Positions 8,651 through 18,124 are shown, counted from the first letter of the stretch. The stretch is 32,247 nt of DNA from a virus (IMGVR_UViG_3300025632_000046:1-32247), one strand, 5' to 3'. Notes: generated from the letters alone by a model not told the origin. Numbers and translations are program-made.

Positions 8651-11428
8651 TTACGTTTCCGTGCCGGCGATGCTGGTGACGTCGGACACATCGCCATAGC
8701 TGTCGCCTCTCACTCTGACCTCATATTGCCAGATGGTGCCGCTGGTATTGAGCGGGAACCCGGTGCTCAGGCCTGACGCGGAGAGAAAATCAACCTCGCC
8801 ATCGTATAGATCATGCCCGGCCTGCTCGTGGCCATCGACTGGGAAAGCGCTTTTGTGCATAAAGTTGCAATCCGCCCAACTCGACCAGGCGCCATAAACT
8901 GAGCCCAATGAATCATTCCTGGAGCGGCGGCGGTATTCCATATCGTCGCCATTGCCTGAGTCTACCCAGCTACCGCAAACGATCATGCCGTCGTGAGGCC
9001 CCCCCGTGTGCTGAAATAACAGCGGCGGCGCATAGTTTTTGGGCCCCTCGTTTTGAGTATTTGTGACATAGCCCGTTGCGAGGGTCCGGGCATCATAGTC
9101 TTTGTACTCTTCGAAAATCCAAATACCGCCTAACTCTCGAACTGAGATATCCCAGGTGGTGCGGCTATCCCAGTCGCGCTCGGCGGATGATCCGGTCTCA
9201 TCGCGTGTCTCTAACGTGACGGGTGTGCCGTCGTCGGTGGTGGCGGGGGCGCTCCAAATTAGATTGAAATATTGGCTTGAAACTGTGCCGTCGCCATTAT
9301 ATGAGCCCCCCGACACATAGACGCCGCTGGCTGCGGGGGCGGTCAGGATCGCGGTGTAATTATAGGTTACCACGTCTGACTCTAAGTCGCCGGCGGTCTC
9401 AAAGTTTTTGAGTTTTAGCACGACGTCGTCATTGTTATGCACGATGGCGATGGTGCCGCCATTGGCGACACTGGGGTCTGACTCGTTAGGTTCGGAGCCG
9501 TCGAGGGTGTAGCGACAGGTGACGCCGGTCTGATTATGTGTGACGGTGACGCTAAAGTTGCTGATAAATGATTGGCTGGTGGGCGAGCCGCTGGGGGGCG
9601 AGAGTTTGGCGTTGACCCAGTTTTCGAGCACGTCGAGGGGCGCGGTAAAGGTGTCGAGCTGGATCTCTTCGGTGCTGGCATCCCAGTCGTAGTGGGTGGC
9701 GGCGATTTCACGTAGATCGAGGGCGACGCCGAGGCGCAGGCCGTCGGCCTGTAGGCGTAGGGATTCGACGCGATAGAGGGCGTCGACATAGCCGAGGCGG
9801 GGCAGGGTGAGTTTGACTACATCGCCACAGAGTAGCTCGTAGGCGTGGAGCCGACAGAGCAATGATAGGCCGCGGCTGCGGCGGGTATCATTGACGGCGA
9901 CTTTAGCAATGCGCTGCGCGGCGGCGGCGCTGGTGGTGAGTGGCAAATCGTAAATGAGGTTGCGCGGTTCGCCGTCGGTTACGACGTGGGCGGCGTTGGT
10001 GTAGTTGGGGTAATTTTCCTCGCTCCAATTATTACCGGCGGATATATAGACGCCTTTGGCGCCATTGCTCCAGGTGCGTCGATTTAAGTTTGATACAACC
10101 TCTCCACCGAGCAAATCGGCTTCGGTGAGGGTGCTGGCTGGGGCGACATACTGGCCAGCGAGCAACACGAATCGGCCGCCGGCATAAGTCAGCACTCCGG
10201 CGCAGGCTTGCACTAGGGCGCGCAGATTATCGCCGATGGTGCGGCTGGTATCGATCACGCCGGAGGCACTGTAACGCGGCTCGCTAGTCGCATCGGCTTT
10301 GCTGACTGACTGATCACAGATATCGGCGGCAGTTGCGAAGGCGGCGTCGTCTAGCTCAGCGATCGAGGCGCCAAAGCCTGACTCAGCGAGTAAATAATCG
10401 CGCAGGGCGAGGGCGGCATTGGTGGAGTAGACGGTGCTGCTGGTGCGTGGATCGTAGATGAGTTTGCCTTTAACCTCGACCTCGATGGTGGGGAGGGTTG
10501 TGCCGAACACAGATTCGCTCGACAGGAGGCGCAGATATATGTAGGCCACGCCACGCAGGCGGCTGTCACTATCCCAAATCGATGTGCCAACCTCGGTTTC
10601 TAGCGCGGCGAGATACGTTTGATCAGCCGCGCCCAGTTTGGCATGGTAATCCACATAGCCGACAAACTCACCGGCGACGACGCCGCCGCTGAGCAGGGCG
10701 CGTTCGTCGATGTAGACTTGCTCGATGCTTTGGCATTGATGATCGGCGATCTCGATTACTAAATTTAGGTACTTGGAAGCGCTGCCGGAGGTGCCGGCAA
10801 ATAGGATGTTGCCAGGGACGCGCCGCTGACCATAGATGATGCGGCGGCTGGCGGGGCCGGGGATGTCTTGGTCGCGAAATAGTGCGACGGCAGTGCGGGC
10901 TCGAGATTCGTGGGCGTAGCCGATATCGGCGGGGTAGCGTGAGCGTTGCTCTTCGTGGGTGGAGAGTGCGGATTTTACGCGGTTGAGATCGACGAGGCGT
11001 GATTCGGCGTTCACGGTCCATGCTTCTGAGGCGGCATCGGAGTCGAATTGTACTTGCGACATGGTGCCGGAAAAAATCTTATAGATATTAGTGGCGGGCA
11101 ATGCTCCATCGGCGGCGTAAAATCCGACATAGACCTCAACGGGTCGGCCTTGATAATTTGCGGGATCCGACAGATCGACGGCCGTGGCAGGGTGGCCAGT
11201 CAAGTCAAGGCTAAGCGACTCGGCATAGAGGCTGGCGGCCTCTGAGACTGTAGGCAGGGTTTGCAGGTGGCCGTGGCCGAGCCATGTTTCGGAATCATAC
11301 GACAGATCGCCTTCGCCGGTCCAGGTGCGCAGGCTGTAGCCGACAAAGTCGAAGTGCGCCAGGTAAACAGGGCGCACGGTGCCCGCCGCGATGGCGGTTT
11401 TAATTTCGGTTGAAAGTCCGCGTGGCAT
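8651..11428 (-). CDS. Tail tip / host-specificity protein (minor-tail domain fused to J-like domain plus Fn3/chitobiase-like domain)
   Basis: Start moved to ATG 11428 (MPRGLSTEIK). RRIIYGQRRV, LRGVAYIYLRL, VKGKLIYDPR, YSTNAALALRDYL are J-like; RYTLDGSEP is an Fn3_assoc/CHB_HEX_C-type motif. Confidence 0.85.
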   Translation of the reverse strand: MPRGLSTEIKTAIAAGTVRPVYLAHFDFVGYSLRTWTGEGDLSYDSETWLGHGHLQTLPTVSEAASLYAESLSLDLTGHPATAVDLSDPANYQGRPVEVYVGFYAADGALPATNIYKIFSGTMSQVQFDSDAASEAWTVNAESRLVDLNRVKSALSTHEEQRSRYPADIGYAHESRARTAVALFRDQDIPGPASRRIIYGQRRVPGNILFAGTSGSASKYLNLVIEIADHQCQSIEQVYIDERALLSGGVVAGEFVGYVDYHAKLGAADQTYLAALETEVGTSIWDSDSRLRGVAYIYLRLLSSESVFGTTLPTIEVEVKGKLIYDPRTSSTVYSTNAALALRDYLLAESGFGASIAELDDAAFATAADICDQSVSKADATSEPRYSASGVIDTSRTIGDNLRALVQACAGVLTYAGGRFVLLAGQYVAPASTLTEADLLGGEVVSNLNRRTWSNGAKGVYISAGNNWSEENYPNYTNAAHVVTDGEPRNLIYDLPLTTSAAAAQRIAKVAVNDTRRSRGLSLLCRLHAYELLCGDVVKLTLPRLGYVDALYRVESLRLQADGLRLGVALDLREIAATHYDWDASTEEIQLDTFTAPLDVLENWVNAKLSPPSGSPTSQSFISNFSVTVTHNQTGVTCRYTLDGSEPNESDPSVANGGTIAIVHNNDDVVLKLKNFETAGDLESDVVTYNYTAILTAPAASGVYVSGGSYNGDGTVSSQYFNLIWSAPATTDDGTPVTLETRDETGSSAERDWDSRTTWDISVRELGGIWIFEEYKDYDARTLATGYVTNTQNEGPKNYAPPLLFQHTGGPHDGMIVCGSWVDSGNGDDMEYRRRSRNDSLGSVYGAWSSWADCNFMHKSAFPVDGHEQAGHDLYDGEVDFLSASGLSTGFPLNTSGTIWQYEVRVRGDSYGDVSDVTSIAGTET

Positions 11429-11429
11429 T

Positions 11430-12011
11430 TTAGACTGCCTCCTTTGCGCCGAGGGTGAAGCCGTAGGTTTTGGCGACATCCATCTCCCATTCGATCGAGT
11501 CGAACAAGCGAAAGACGCCTACGGGGGCGGTGTATTCGACGGTGCTCGAGGCGGCCACGATCTCACTGCGCGGTTTAGGCCAGACTTCGATCGTGGCAGC
11601 ACCGGCGACGGCAGTGTCGCCGGTGGTGATTCGATACAGGCCTGTTTCGATCTGGATCCAATCGCCAGCGGTGAAGGTGCCGGTCATGCCAGACAGATCG
11701 AGATAATTCTCAGAGATCGCATCGACCACCACGGTGCCCGAGACATTGGCCTGCGGCGTGGCATCGGTCGGCGCGAATTTAAAGGTGCCTTCGCGGCCGT
11801 TGAGCCTGAGCAGTACGGCTGCCCACTCGGCTGCGGCGGCGCCATGCAGCGGCGGCAGCTCCGCATTGATCTCCCACCATTGGCCGGGGTGCGCGTAGAC
11901 TTGGCTCTGCCCGGTGAAGGGCGAGCTTGATACGGCAACGCGGCTGGCTTGATGCCAGGTGAGGCGGCGGGGGCGCGGATCGCTGGGCAGGGTGATCGGG
12001 TAAGTGGGCAT
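11430..12011 (-). CDS. Distal tail (Dit-like) protein
   Basis: Follows the TMP; SSPFTGQSQVY..PGQWWE motif common in siphovirus post-TMP proteins. Confidence 0.75.
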   Translation of the reverse strand: MPTYPITLPSDPRPRRLTWHQASRVAVSSSPFTGQSQVYAHPGQWWEINAELPPLHGAAAAEWAAVLLRLNGREGTFKFAPTDATPQANVSGTVVVDAISENYLDLSGMTGTFTAGDWIQIETGLYRITTGDTAVAGAATIEVWPKPRSEIVAASSTVEYTAPVGVFRLFDSIEWEMDVAKTYGFTLGAKEAV

Positions 12012-12035
12012 GGTTTTGAAAAAAAAAATGTTTAT

Positions 12036-13484
12036 TTAAACGGTTCTCAGATTGTTTTCTTGCACAGCTTGCACGGCGATCTCACCGAGCGCGCTTCGAT
12101 TGTTTTTGATAAAACTCTGGATCTCCATGCCAACGCCGTTGAATGTCATGTTGATCGTCTGGCCGCCGCCCTCGCCACCGAGTGCGTGATTAGGCACGAT
12201 GCTGCCGCTATATTTGGGCACGAATAGCTCGGGGCCTTGCTCGCCAACGATGTAGGGCGAGCCACTCGAGACGGGGCCGCCAGCGGCGCGAAAGGCAATC
12301 GAAGATATTAGGTTGCCCAGGCCCTCGCCGGCACCGGTGGCGCCTGAGTATTTGCCAAACAGCTCCCACATACGGCCCAGCTTCCCGAGCACGGCGTCAA
12401 TCGCTCTGCCGATGGCGGCAAAGACTTTGATCACATCGGCCCGCACCTTCTTGGCGGAGAATTGGATACCAGTGAAGGTTTCGATCACCTCGCCCAGCAT
12501 GCCGAGGAAGCTGCCGAGCGCGGCGGTGAGGCTGCTATTAATAAAAATATCAATGAACAACTGCCCGAGCGCTTCGCCGATTTCTTTTAAAAATCCCATC
12601 TTATCGAGCAACAGGCCGAGGCCGACACCCGCGGCGATGATCCACGCCCAGACGCTTGACAGCACCACGGCTAATTTACCGAGGATTAATAACAGTGGCC
12701 CCGCCACGGCGACCACCGCAGCGATCTGCACGCCGAGCTTCATGAGCGCTGGATCGGCCTCTTGTAACTTGGTGACCAGCGCGCGCAGCTTATCAATCAG
12801 CGGCGTCAGGTATTCCGCGAGGATTTCGCCGACCTGCTCCTGCAGATCGCCAAACGCGTTTTTTAGTTGGATCAACTGCCCCCCTGTTGCATTAGCCTCG
12901 GCGGTGGCCACGGTAAAGCCCTCGCCCATTTTTAGGTGCACCAGGGCGACACGCTCGGCAGGATCTTCGATATCTTTAAGCTCGGGTATATAGCGCGTGA
13001 GCATTTCGGTCTGCCCCAGTAGCGCCGCTGAGCTGGCCCGCATCGCCATTTTTAGATCTAGATTAAACGCTTTGCTCAATCCGATCGCCCCGCGGGTCGC
13101 TTCGTCGAGTTGATCGGCTTGCACGCCCATGCTCACGGCTTGCTGCATCATCGCCAGGCTCATCTCGTCGCCGACGGTGGTGACTTTTTGAATCTCCGAT
13201 GCCATGCGTTTGAGCTTTTGCATGTTGGCGTCGACTTCTTGGCCGGAGGCTTGCAACGATGCCCGCAGCGTGCTTTCGGCTTTTTCTTGCTCGGCGAATG
13301 CTTTGACACTGAGCGCACCGAATGCAGCGAGCGGCGCGGTCAGACCCATCGTCATCGATTTACCCAGCGATTGCATATTCTTACCCATCTTTTTGAGCTT
13401 TTTGCCGACTCCGGCAATGTCCTTGTCGAGTTGGGAGGTGCGCAGCGAAACGTCGCCAAAGAGTGATCCGATTTTAGTGGCCAT
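12036..13484 (-). CDS. Tape measure protein
   Basis: Ala/Gly-rich helical protein; IGSLFGDVSL N-terminus; hydrophobic middle; C-terminal RAAGGPV..GSPYIVGEQGPELFVP. Confidence 0.93.
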   Translation of the reverse strand: MATKIGSLFGDVSLRTSQLDKDIAGVGKKLKKMGKNMQSLGKSMTMGLTAPLAAFGALSVKAFAEQEKAESTLRASLQASGQEVDANMQKLKRMASEIQKVTTVGDEMSLAMMQQAVSMGVQADQLDEATRGAIGLSKAFNLDLKMAMRASSAALLGQTEMLTRYIPELKDIEDPAERVALVHLKMGEGFTVATAEANATGGQLIQLKNAFGDLQEQVGEILAEYLTPLIDKLRALVTKLQEADPALMKLGVQIAAVVAVAGPLLLILGKLAVVLSSVWAWIIAAGVGLGLLLDKMGFLKEIGEALGQLFIDIFINSSLTAALGSFLGMLGEVIETFTGIQFSAKKVRADVIKVFAAIGRAIDAVLGKLGRMWELFGKYSGATGAGEGLGNLISSIAFRAAGGPVSSGSPYIVGEQGPELFVPKYSGSIVPNHALGGEGGGQTINMTFNGVGMEIQSFIKNNRSALGEIAVQAVQENNLRTV

Positions 13485-13494
13485 GGTTTTTTTT

Positions 13495-13827
13495 TTAAGA
13501 GCTGAGATTTGAGGGCTGAGAATTAATCGGCTTTAATGAGCCACTGAAGGCGCGCAGCCTGGCGACCAACTCGTCGCGCGTCTGCGGAGCCTTGCGTGGC
13601 ATGAAGTCCTCGACCGAGTACGGTTTACGCCGCCGTTTTGGGTCGCGGTGGCAATTGGCGAACACTGCACAAACCAAAGCAAAGCGCGCATCGATGCGCG
13701 ATTGCTCCACCTCATAGGCAGCTTGCAAATCGCGCAGGTCTGCGGCTGTGCTTTGGTCGAATGCGTCACGATTTAATCCATAGCAGATTTGAGCGTGTGC
13801 TGCGGAGCGTCGCCAACGGGCTCCCCC
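13495..13827 (-). CDS. Tail assembly chaperone T segment (reached by -1 frameshift)
   Basis: The -1 frame is open from the slippery G GGG GAG (13827-13821) to TAA 13495: GARWRRSAAHAQICYGLNRDAFDQST...ANCHRDPKRRRKPYSVEDFMP. Confidence 0.8.
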   Translation of the reverse strand, partial: GGARWRRSAAHAQICYGLNRDAFDQSTAADLRDLQAAYEVEQSRIDARFALVCAVFANCHRDPKRRRKPYSVEDFMPRKAPQTRDELVARLRAFSGSLKPINSQPSNLSS

Positions 13828-14087
13828 GGCAAACCTTGGCCATAGATCTCAATTGCTTTTTTGATCATATCGGCAAACTGCGCCACGGGCGGGAAATCGT
13901 CGGCATGGTCGATCGGATCGCCGGGCAAATCGAGCGCCGCACACGCGAGCGTGATGGCCTGCTCGACTGGCTCGGATTCCAGCGCGGCGAGATCGCCACC
14001 CAGACGGCTAAACCGCATCATCGCGGCATTACCGATTCGCAACTTATGCAGGGTCCCTTTATATGTAATGGTCGGCTCCTGGCTCAT
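13773..14087 (-). CDS. Tail assembly chaperone G
   Basis: Lies between the major tail and TMP genes and contains the slippery site near its end. Confidence 0.82.
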   Translation of the reverse strand: MSQEPTITYKGTLHKLRIGNAAMMRFSRLGGDLAALESEPVEQAITLACAALDLPGDPIDHADDFPPVAQFADMIKKAIEIYGQGLPGEPVGDAPQHTLKSAMD

Positions 14088-14090
14088 CGC

Positions 14091-14510
14091 TTATGCTTGG
14101 GTTGCGCCTCCCGATGCTTTAAATGTGATGGTCGCCGATAGCTTATCGTCGATCGGTGCCGCTGGTTCGAAGCCCGTGCAGATCGCGGTGAATGTTTCTA
14201 CCGTTGCACCCGTGTCGCCGTAGGTGAATTGATACTGCTGCGCGGATTCGTGAGCCGTCGCTGCGCGGGTGCGCATGAGTGCATGGCCGACATCGGTCGG
14301 ATCGTAGTTGACCACCAGGGTGGCTTCGCCGAAATCGACCAGCCCGCCCTTGAACGTTTTATGCCCATTGTCCGATAGGTGGTGCGTGGTCTCGTAGGTG
14401 TCTTTAGTGATCGACAGCGGTGTGCCGTCGGCCACTTCGCCGACCTCGACCCATGTGGAACCGCCGTCAGTGGTGTATTCAAGTTTAATGCCGAAGCCTT
14501 TTTCGCTCAT
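14091..14510 (-). CDS. Major tail tube protein
   Basis: YETTHH....KTFKGGLVDFGE and KLSATITFKASG resemble lambda gpV-type tube proteins. Confidence 0.88.
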   Translation of the reverse strand: MSEKGFGIKLEYTTDGGSTWVEVGEVADGTPLSITKDTYETTHHLSDNGHKTFKGGLVDFGEATLVVNYDPTDVGHALMRTRAATAHESAQQYQFTYGDTGATVETFTAICTGFEPAAPIDDKLSATITFKASGGATQA

Positions 14511-14620
14511 AATATATGTCCTTTTCTATTTGTGGTTATTGGTTTGATGTTTTGGTGTTATTTTTAGTTATTTTTTAAAAAAACTTGCTTTTCCGCCGCG
14601 GTAGCATTGTTTGAGCTGAA

Positions 14621-14845
14621 ATGAGCTTGAGCACATCGTCTGCGATTATTTACAGCTGCACCGCGCTTTGCTGCGTGCTGCTCTACCTTGCCAGCGCGTG
14701 CCGAGCGGCTCGCTACCAGATCGCACCCAGCGCGGCGGGGTACTGCATCAAGTTGGACGTGCGTTCTGGAGAGATCTGGTCGATAGTACATGATCGCGGT
14801 GAAATTATTGAGAGTCAGGGATTTGTTGCCCATAACGAGCATTAA
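14621..14845 (+). CDS. Antisense-oriented small membrane protein (moron-like)
   Basis: Hydrophobic N-terminus followed by RYQI...IKLDVRSGEIW beta-strand pattern; AT-rich upstream region. Confidence 0.5.
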   Translation: MSLSTSSAIIYSCTALCCVLLYLASACRAARYQIAPSAAGYCIKLDVRSGEIWSIVHDRGEIIESQGFVAHNEH

Positions 14846-15191
14846 TAATGCTCGTTTGTTTGGCCGCCTCGATGCGAACTTTTGTAAGTTCGCGCTCGAT
14901 TTTAGACAGCGTGGCACGGTGCAGGCTTTGCGATTTAGCATATTCAGCCAGTCGCCAGCCATGCTCGTTGCTGGCATTAAATAGCTGCGCACGCTCGACA
15001 TTTGCCAGCGCGATGTCCCGCGAATTGTTGCTAATATCTAACTCGATCTTTTTTTGCCAGGGCGGCAGCTCGATCAATGTCGTATCGCTGGCTTGCCCCA
15101 CGTCGCGAAACGTTGACTGCAGCACGGGCACCGCAAACCAGCCGAAAACGAGCGTGATCAAACTAATAAAAATAGGGTTGTTAAGTTTCAT
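14805..15191 (-). CDS. Membrane-anchored coiled-coil protein
   Basis: Start moved to ATG 15191; TM IFISLITLVFGWFAVPVL then heptad-rich helix. Confidence 0.7.
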   Translation of the reverse strand: MKLNNPIFISLITLVFGWFAVPVLQSTFRDVGQASDTTLIELPPWQKKIELDISNNSRDIALANVERAQLFNASNEHGWRLAEYAKSQSLHRATLSKIERELTKVRIEAAKQTSIINARYGQQIPDSQ

Positions 15192-15245
15192 TTTTTTCGA
15201 GGCGATTGGTAGTGGTGGTGGTGGCGGCGGCAAGGCGGCTCTATA

Positions 15246-15548
15246 TTAGTTATTTTTACCCTTTTCCAGCGCTCGGATGCGCATCTCATGATCAGACAGC
15301 CGGCTGGCCTGCATCTGTATTTGTCCGAGCGTGGCGCGCTCTTTGTCGAGGTAATCTTTTTCTGTGAAACGCGGCCCTTGAATTAGGAATGATTCGACAA
15401 ACGATTCGGTTTTAGTTTGGCTGATTTGCAATTTACTCAGATCATCAGAGACTTTAAACATCACGGGCACTAGTATGCCATTCACGATGGCGATAAAAAG
15501 CGTCGCGATTAGGTTCCAGTTTATTTTAGAATTTTCGGTGTTTTCCAT
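15246..15548 (-). CDS. Membrane-anchored coiled-coil protein (holin/XhlA-like architecture)
   Basis: TM LIATLFIAIVNGILVPVMF; C-terminal RLSDHEMRIRALEK. Confidence 0.7.
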   Translation of the reverse strand: MENTENSKINWNLIATLFIAIVNGILVPVMFKVSDDLSKLQISQTKTESFVESFLIQGPRFTEKDYLDKERATLGQIQMQASRLSDHEMRIRALEKGKNN

Positions 15549-15553
15549 CGGGC

Positions 15554-15952
15554 TTAGATTGAATATTCGAACAGTAAATCGATCGACCTGCGATAAATGC
15601 GCTCGCCTGAGTCATATTCGTCATATTCGGACTCGACTGCGCACCAGCAGCTCTGCGTGCCGGTGGCGAGGGTGACGCTCCGACCCTCAAACTCGGCACG
15701 CAGGGCACGCGCCGCATCGACCACTTCGTGGAAGGTGGCGGCGTAAAATTCGTAATTTACCCGCATACTTCCCCAGCCGGATTTGCCACCGTGGGTGACA
15801 TGCTCGGCGGCGCTAATCTGCGTAAACACGCCAAACGGCAATGCCACATCTTGCGGCGCCTCGACTGGGTAGAGACGCTCACCAATAATGGCGGCGAGCG
15901 CGGGGAGATTGCCGATTTGGTAGCCTGCGAGGGTTTCTAAAAATGAGCTCAT
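15554..15952 (-). CDS. Tail terminator / completion protein (DUF3168-like)
   Basis: IIGERLYPVEAPQDVALPFGVFTQIS...YRRSIDL; position before the major tail gene. Confidence 0.85.
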   Translation of the reverse strand: MSSFLETLAGYQIGNLPALAAIIGERLYPVEAPQDVALPFGVFTQISAAEHVTHGGKSGWGSMRVNYEFYAATFHEVVDAARALRAEFEGRSVTLATGTQSCWCAVESEYDEYDSGERIYRRSIDLLFEYSI

Positions 15953-16452
15953 TTCACACTAAGGGCTTTGGATTCTTTGTCGAAGACTTGCGTCATCTTA
16001 TCGATCACGGCGCTACGCGCACGGGGTGCGGCAGAGTCCCACGCGGGGCGCATAAATGGCTGCGCCCGGTGCCCCGGGTGCTGCCCGGTGCCGCGCCGGT
16101 AAAAGGATTTCTTTTTGCCCGTGGCGTGCGGTTTGACGCCGAACTCGACTAGGTGCGCATAATAGGCCGGGTTGCGTTTACCCTGGGCGGTGGCATAGCT
16201 TTTTGAGCGTGCGCCAATGATCGAGGCCACTGTGCCGCTGCGTTTGTAATTTTTAACCTTCTGCCCGATTGACTTTTTTAGGCTGCCGGTCGCCCTGGGC
16301 GCACGCATGCGCATCTCGCGGATGATAACCGCGCCAGCTGCACGCACCGCAGTCGATGGCCCGCGCGCGGCGACGCGGGTGCCCAGCTGCGCGAGATTCT
16401 TGGTCATCGCGTCGATGCCTTGCAATTGCATTTTTAATTCGTCGCCAGCCAT
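15949..16452 (-). CDS. HK97 gp10-like neck/tail protein
   Basis: APRATGSLKKSI, YYAHLVEFG, AQPFMRPA. Confidence 0.92.
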   Translation of the reverse strand: MAGDELKMQLQGIDAMTKNLAQLGTRVAARGPSTAVRAAGAVIIREMRMRAPRATGSLKKSIGQKVKNYKRSGTVASIIGARSKSYATAQGKRNPAYYAHLVEFGVKPHATGKKKSFYRRGTGQHPGHRAQPFMRPAWDSAAPRARSAVIDKMTQVFDKESKALSVK

Positions 16453-16856
16453 CAGGAAACAGGTTGCGTATTAGAGTGGAGCGTGCAGGTAATATCCTGC
16501 AGCTTGCGGCGTTCGATCTCGTTGACGTCGTCAATGTCGTAGGCGTGGCCATCGTAAACGATCCGATCGAGTATCGACAGAGTCGAGCGGTAGCGGATCC
16601 GAAACACCACAGTCTGCTGCCCTACTTCGCGGCCGTTGGCGGTGCGCTCGTTACCACGCGCCGACATCTTGCGCGCCCACGCTTGAGCGAGTAGCCCCCA
16701 CGCATCGAGCTCCGCGCCGAATCGACCCTTGCGCGAACTCGTCGTCAGCACGGTGCCGTCGCTGGTCGTCAGATACGTGCCATCAGCGGTGACCATCGGC
16801 AGGCCGGCCGCTTGCCGATGGATCTGAATGAGTCGATCTAGTGTTCCGCAATTCAT
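16452..16856 (-). CDS. Head-closure / stopper protein (SPP1 gp16-like) with internal insertion
   Basis: GTLDRLIQI...WA...FRIRYR...RIVYDG..YDI. Confidence 0.88.
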   Translation of the reverse strand: MNCGTLDRLIQIHRQAAGLPMVTADGTYLTTSDGTVLTTSSRKGRFGAELDAWGLLAQAWARKMSARGNERTANGREVGQQTVVFRIRYRSTLSILDRIVYDGHAYDIDDVNEIERRKLQDITCTLHSNTQPVS

Positions 16857-16883
16857 AGTTTAACAGGATTGAGAGTTTTTTAA

Positions 16884-16925
16884 GAGGCTTGAGGCTTGAG
16901 GTTTCAAACCTCAGCTCTCAGCTCT
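16884..16925. repeat. Heptamer tandem repeats forming a hairpin
   Basis: GAGGCTT GAGGCTT GAGGTTT CAAACCT CAGCTCT CAGCTCT. Confidence 0.7.
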
Positions 16926-16928
16926 CTT

Positions 16929-17519
16929 TTATATGTTATAAATTTTGTAAGGATTGCTGAGCGCCTCCACCGTGAAGGGCATTTTGTTCAGATTGACATT
17001 CACGCCGACGGGCGCGCGGTTGTCGTAGAGGTGAGTAATCATGTAGAGCACGGCCTGCGTGAGCGGCTGCGGCACGGCGTTGGCGGCGGCTCCATAGCCG
17101 GCGGTAAACTCGATCCGGATCCGACCCGCGCCGGCTTGAGCGTAGAGATCAGGCTCGGTGAATGTGTCGCGCAGATAGAGCGCCGCGCAGCCATCGGCGA
17201 ACGCGACCAGCTCATACTCGCCGGAATCGACGGTCTGCTCGACTGCGGCCACGTCATCGTATTTCAGTGAATCGATCATGCGGGCATTGCCGCGCAACAG
17301 CCCAGTTGCCAGTTGCCAGGTGGTGGCGGTTTGGGTAAATGTGGTATCGATCAACGCGCGCCCGATCATATCCTCGACCGCGCGCCGTGCGACCGAGATT
17401 AGCGTGGTGATATAGACATCATCCTCGGTAAAATCGATCAGCCGCAGGTGCGCTTTTGCTTCGTCGAGAGTGACGGGTTCGACGGTCGGCTCAATAGTGC
17501 GGGTTACGTTGGCGATCAT
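16929..17519 (-). CDS. Head-tail connector (gp6 / phiE125 gp8-like)
   Basis: EPVTLDEAKAHLR, ARRAVEDMIGRALI, FTAGYG...VPQPLTQAVL...HLYDNR. Confidence 0.93.
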   Translation of the reverse strand: MIANVTRTIEPTVEPVTLDEAKAHLRLIDFTEDDVYITTLISVARRAVEDMIGRALIDTTFTQTATTWQLATGLLRGNARMIDSLKYDDVAAVEQTVDSGEYELVAFADGCAALYLRDTFTEPDLYAQAGAGRIRIEFTAGYGAAANAVPQPLTQAVLYMITHLYDNRAPVGVNVNLNKMPFTVEALSNPYKIYNI

Positions 17520-18124
17520 GGCAATTTAGTAAAATGAGGGCAGAGCTGTTGCTCGATGTGAGCGCGGCAGATAGTGAGGCACTCGGGGGTCTTAAACACG
17601 CCCGAGTGCCCGAGATTCTCAAAACCAAGACTTTCATAGCTAATATTTGTATACCGTGGATCATGCCACGACTCATCGGCGGCGCGGTAGCCAGTGCGCC
17701 CCATCGCGCCCCACGGATGAAAGCGGAGGAACTTCGCCACCCGCACCACATTATCACTCGGCGTGTGAAACACCAGGCAGCGGCTCACGATGGCGGCGAG
17801 CGCGGTGTCTTTATCCAGGGCCGGATTAAAATACACACAGTTGACGCGGCCCGCATCGAGCGAGGCCAACTCATGCAGCGCCTGGTCAATTAAATTATTA
17901 CCATCAGAGTGCCCGATCAACCAGTCACCAGGGTGGACCATCGCGGCGAGTTGCTGCGCTCGGCGCTTATTACCAAAGCGCACACCGAGCAGGCCGCGCC
18001 AGCCGGTAGAGAACTCCGACACATCGTAACCCATACGACGCATCATCTCAGCGAGACGACCCGTGGTGTCGCGACCCTGGTCCCGGACGTTAAACCCGTG
18101 CACGATGATGACTCTTTGTTTCAT
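17516..18124 (-). CDS. Alpha/beta hydrolase (lipase/esterase-like)
   Basis: IVHGF oxyanion motif, GHSDG nucleophile elbow, SDNVV Asp, GHSGVF His. Confidence 0.85.
   Translation of the reverse strand: MKQRVIIVHGFNVRDQGRDTTGRLAEMMRRMGYDVSEFSTGWRGLLGVRFGNKRRAQQLAAMVHPGDWLIGHSDGNNLIDQALHELASLDAGRVNCVYFNPALDKDTALAAIVSRCLVFHTPSDNVVRVAKFLRFHPWGAMGRTGYRAADESWHDPRYTNISYESLGFENLGHSGVFKTPECLTICRAHIEQQLCPHFTKLP

Noticed and set aside
14564-15001. 145 aa minus-strand ORF
   Set aside because: Overlaps two more plausible genes and has no recognisable protein character.
15192-15233. Poly-proline N-terminal extension from a CCR triplet run
   Set aside because: Depends on a TTG start; ATG 15191 after an A-run fits the genome's pattern better.
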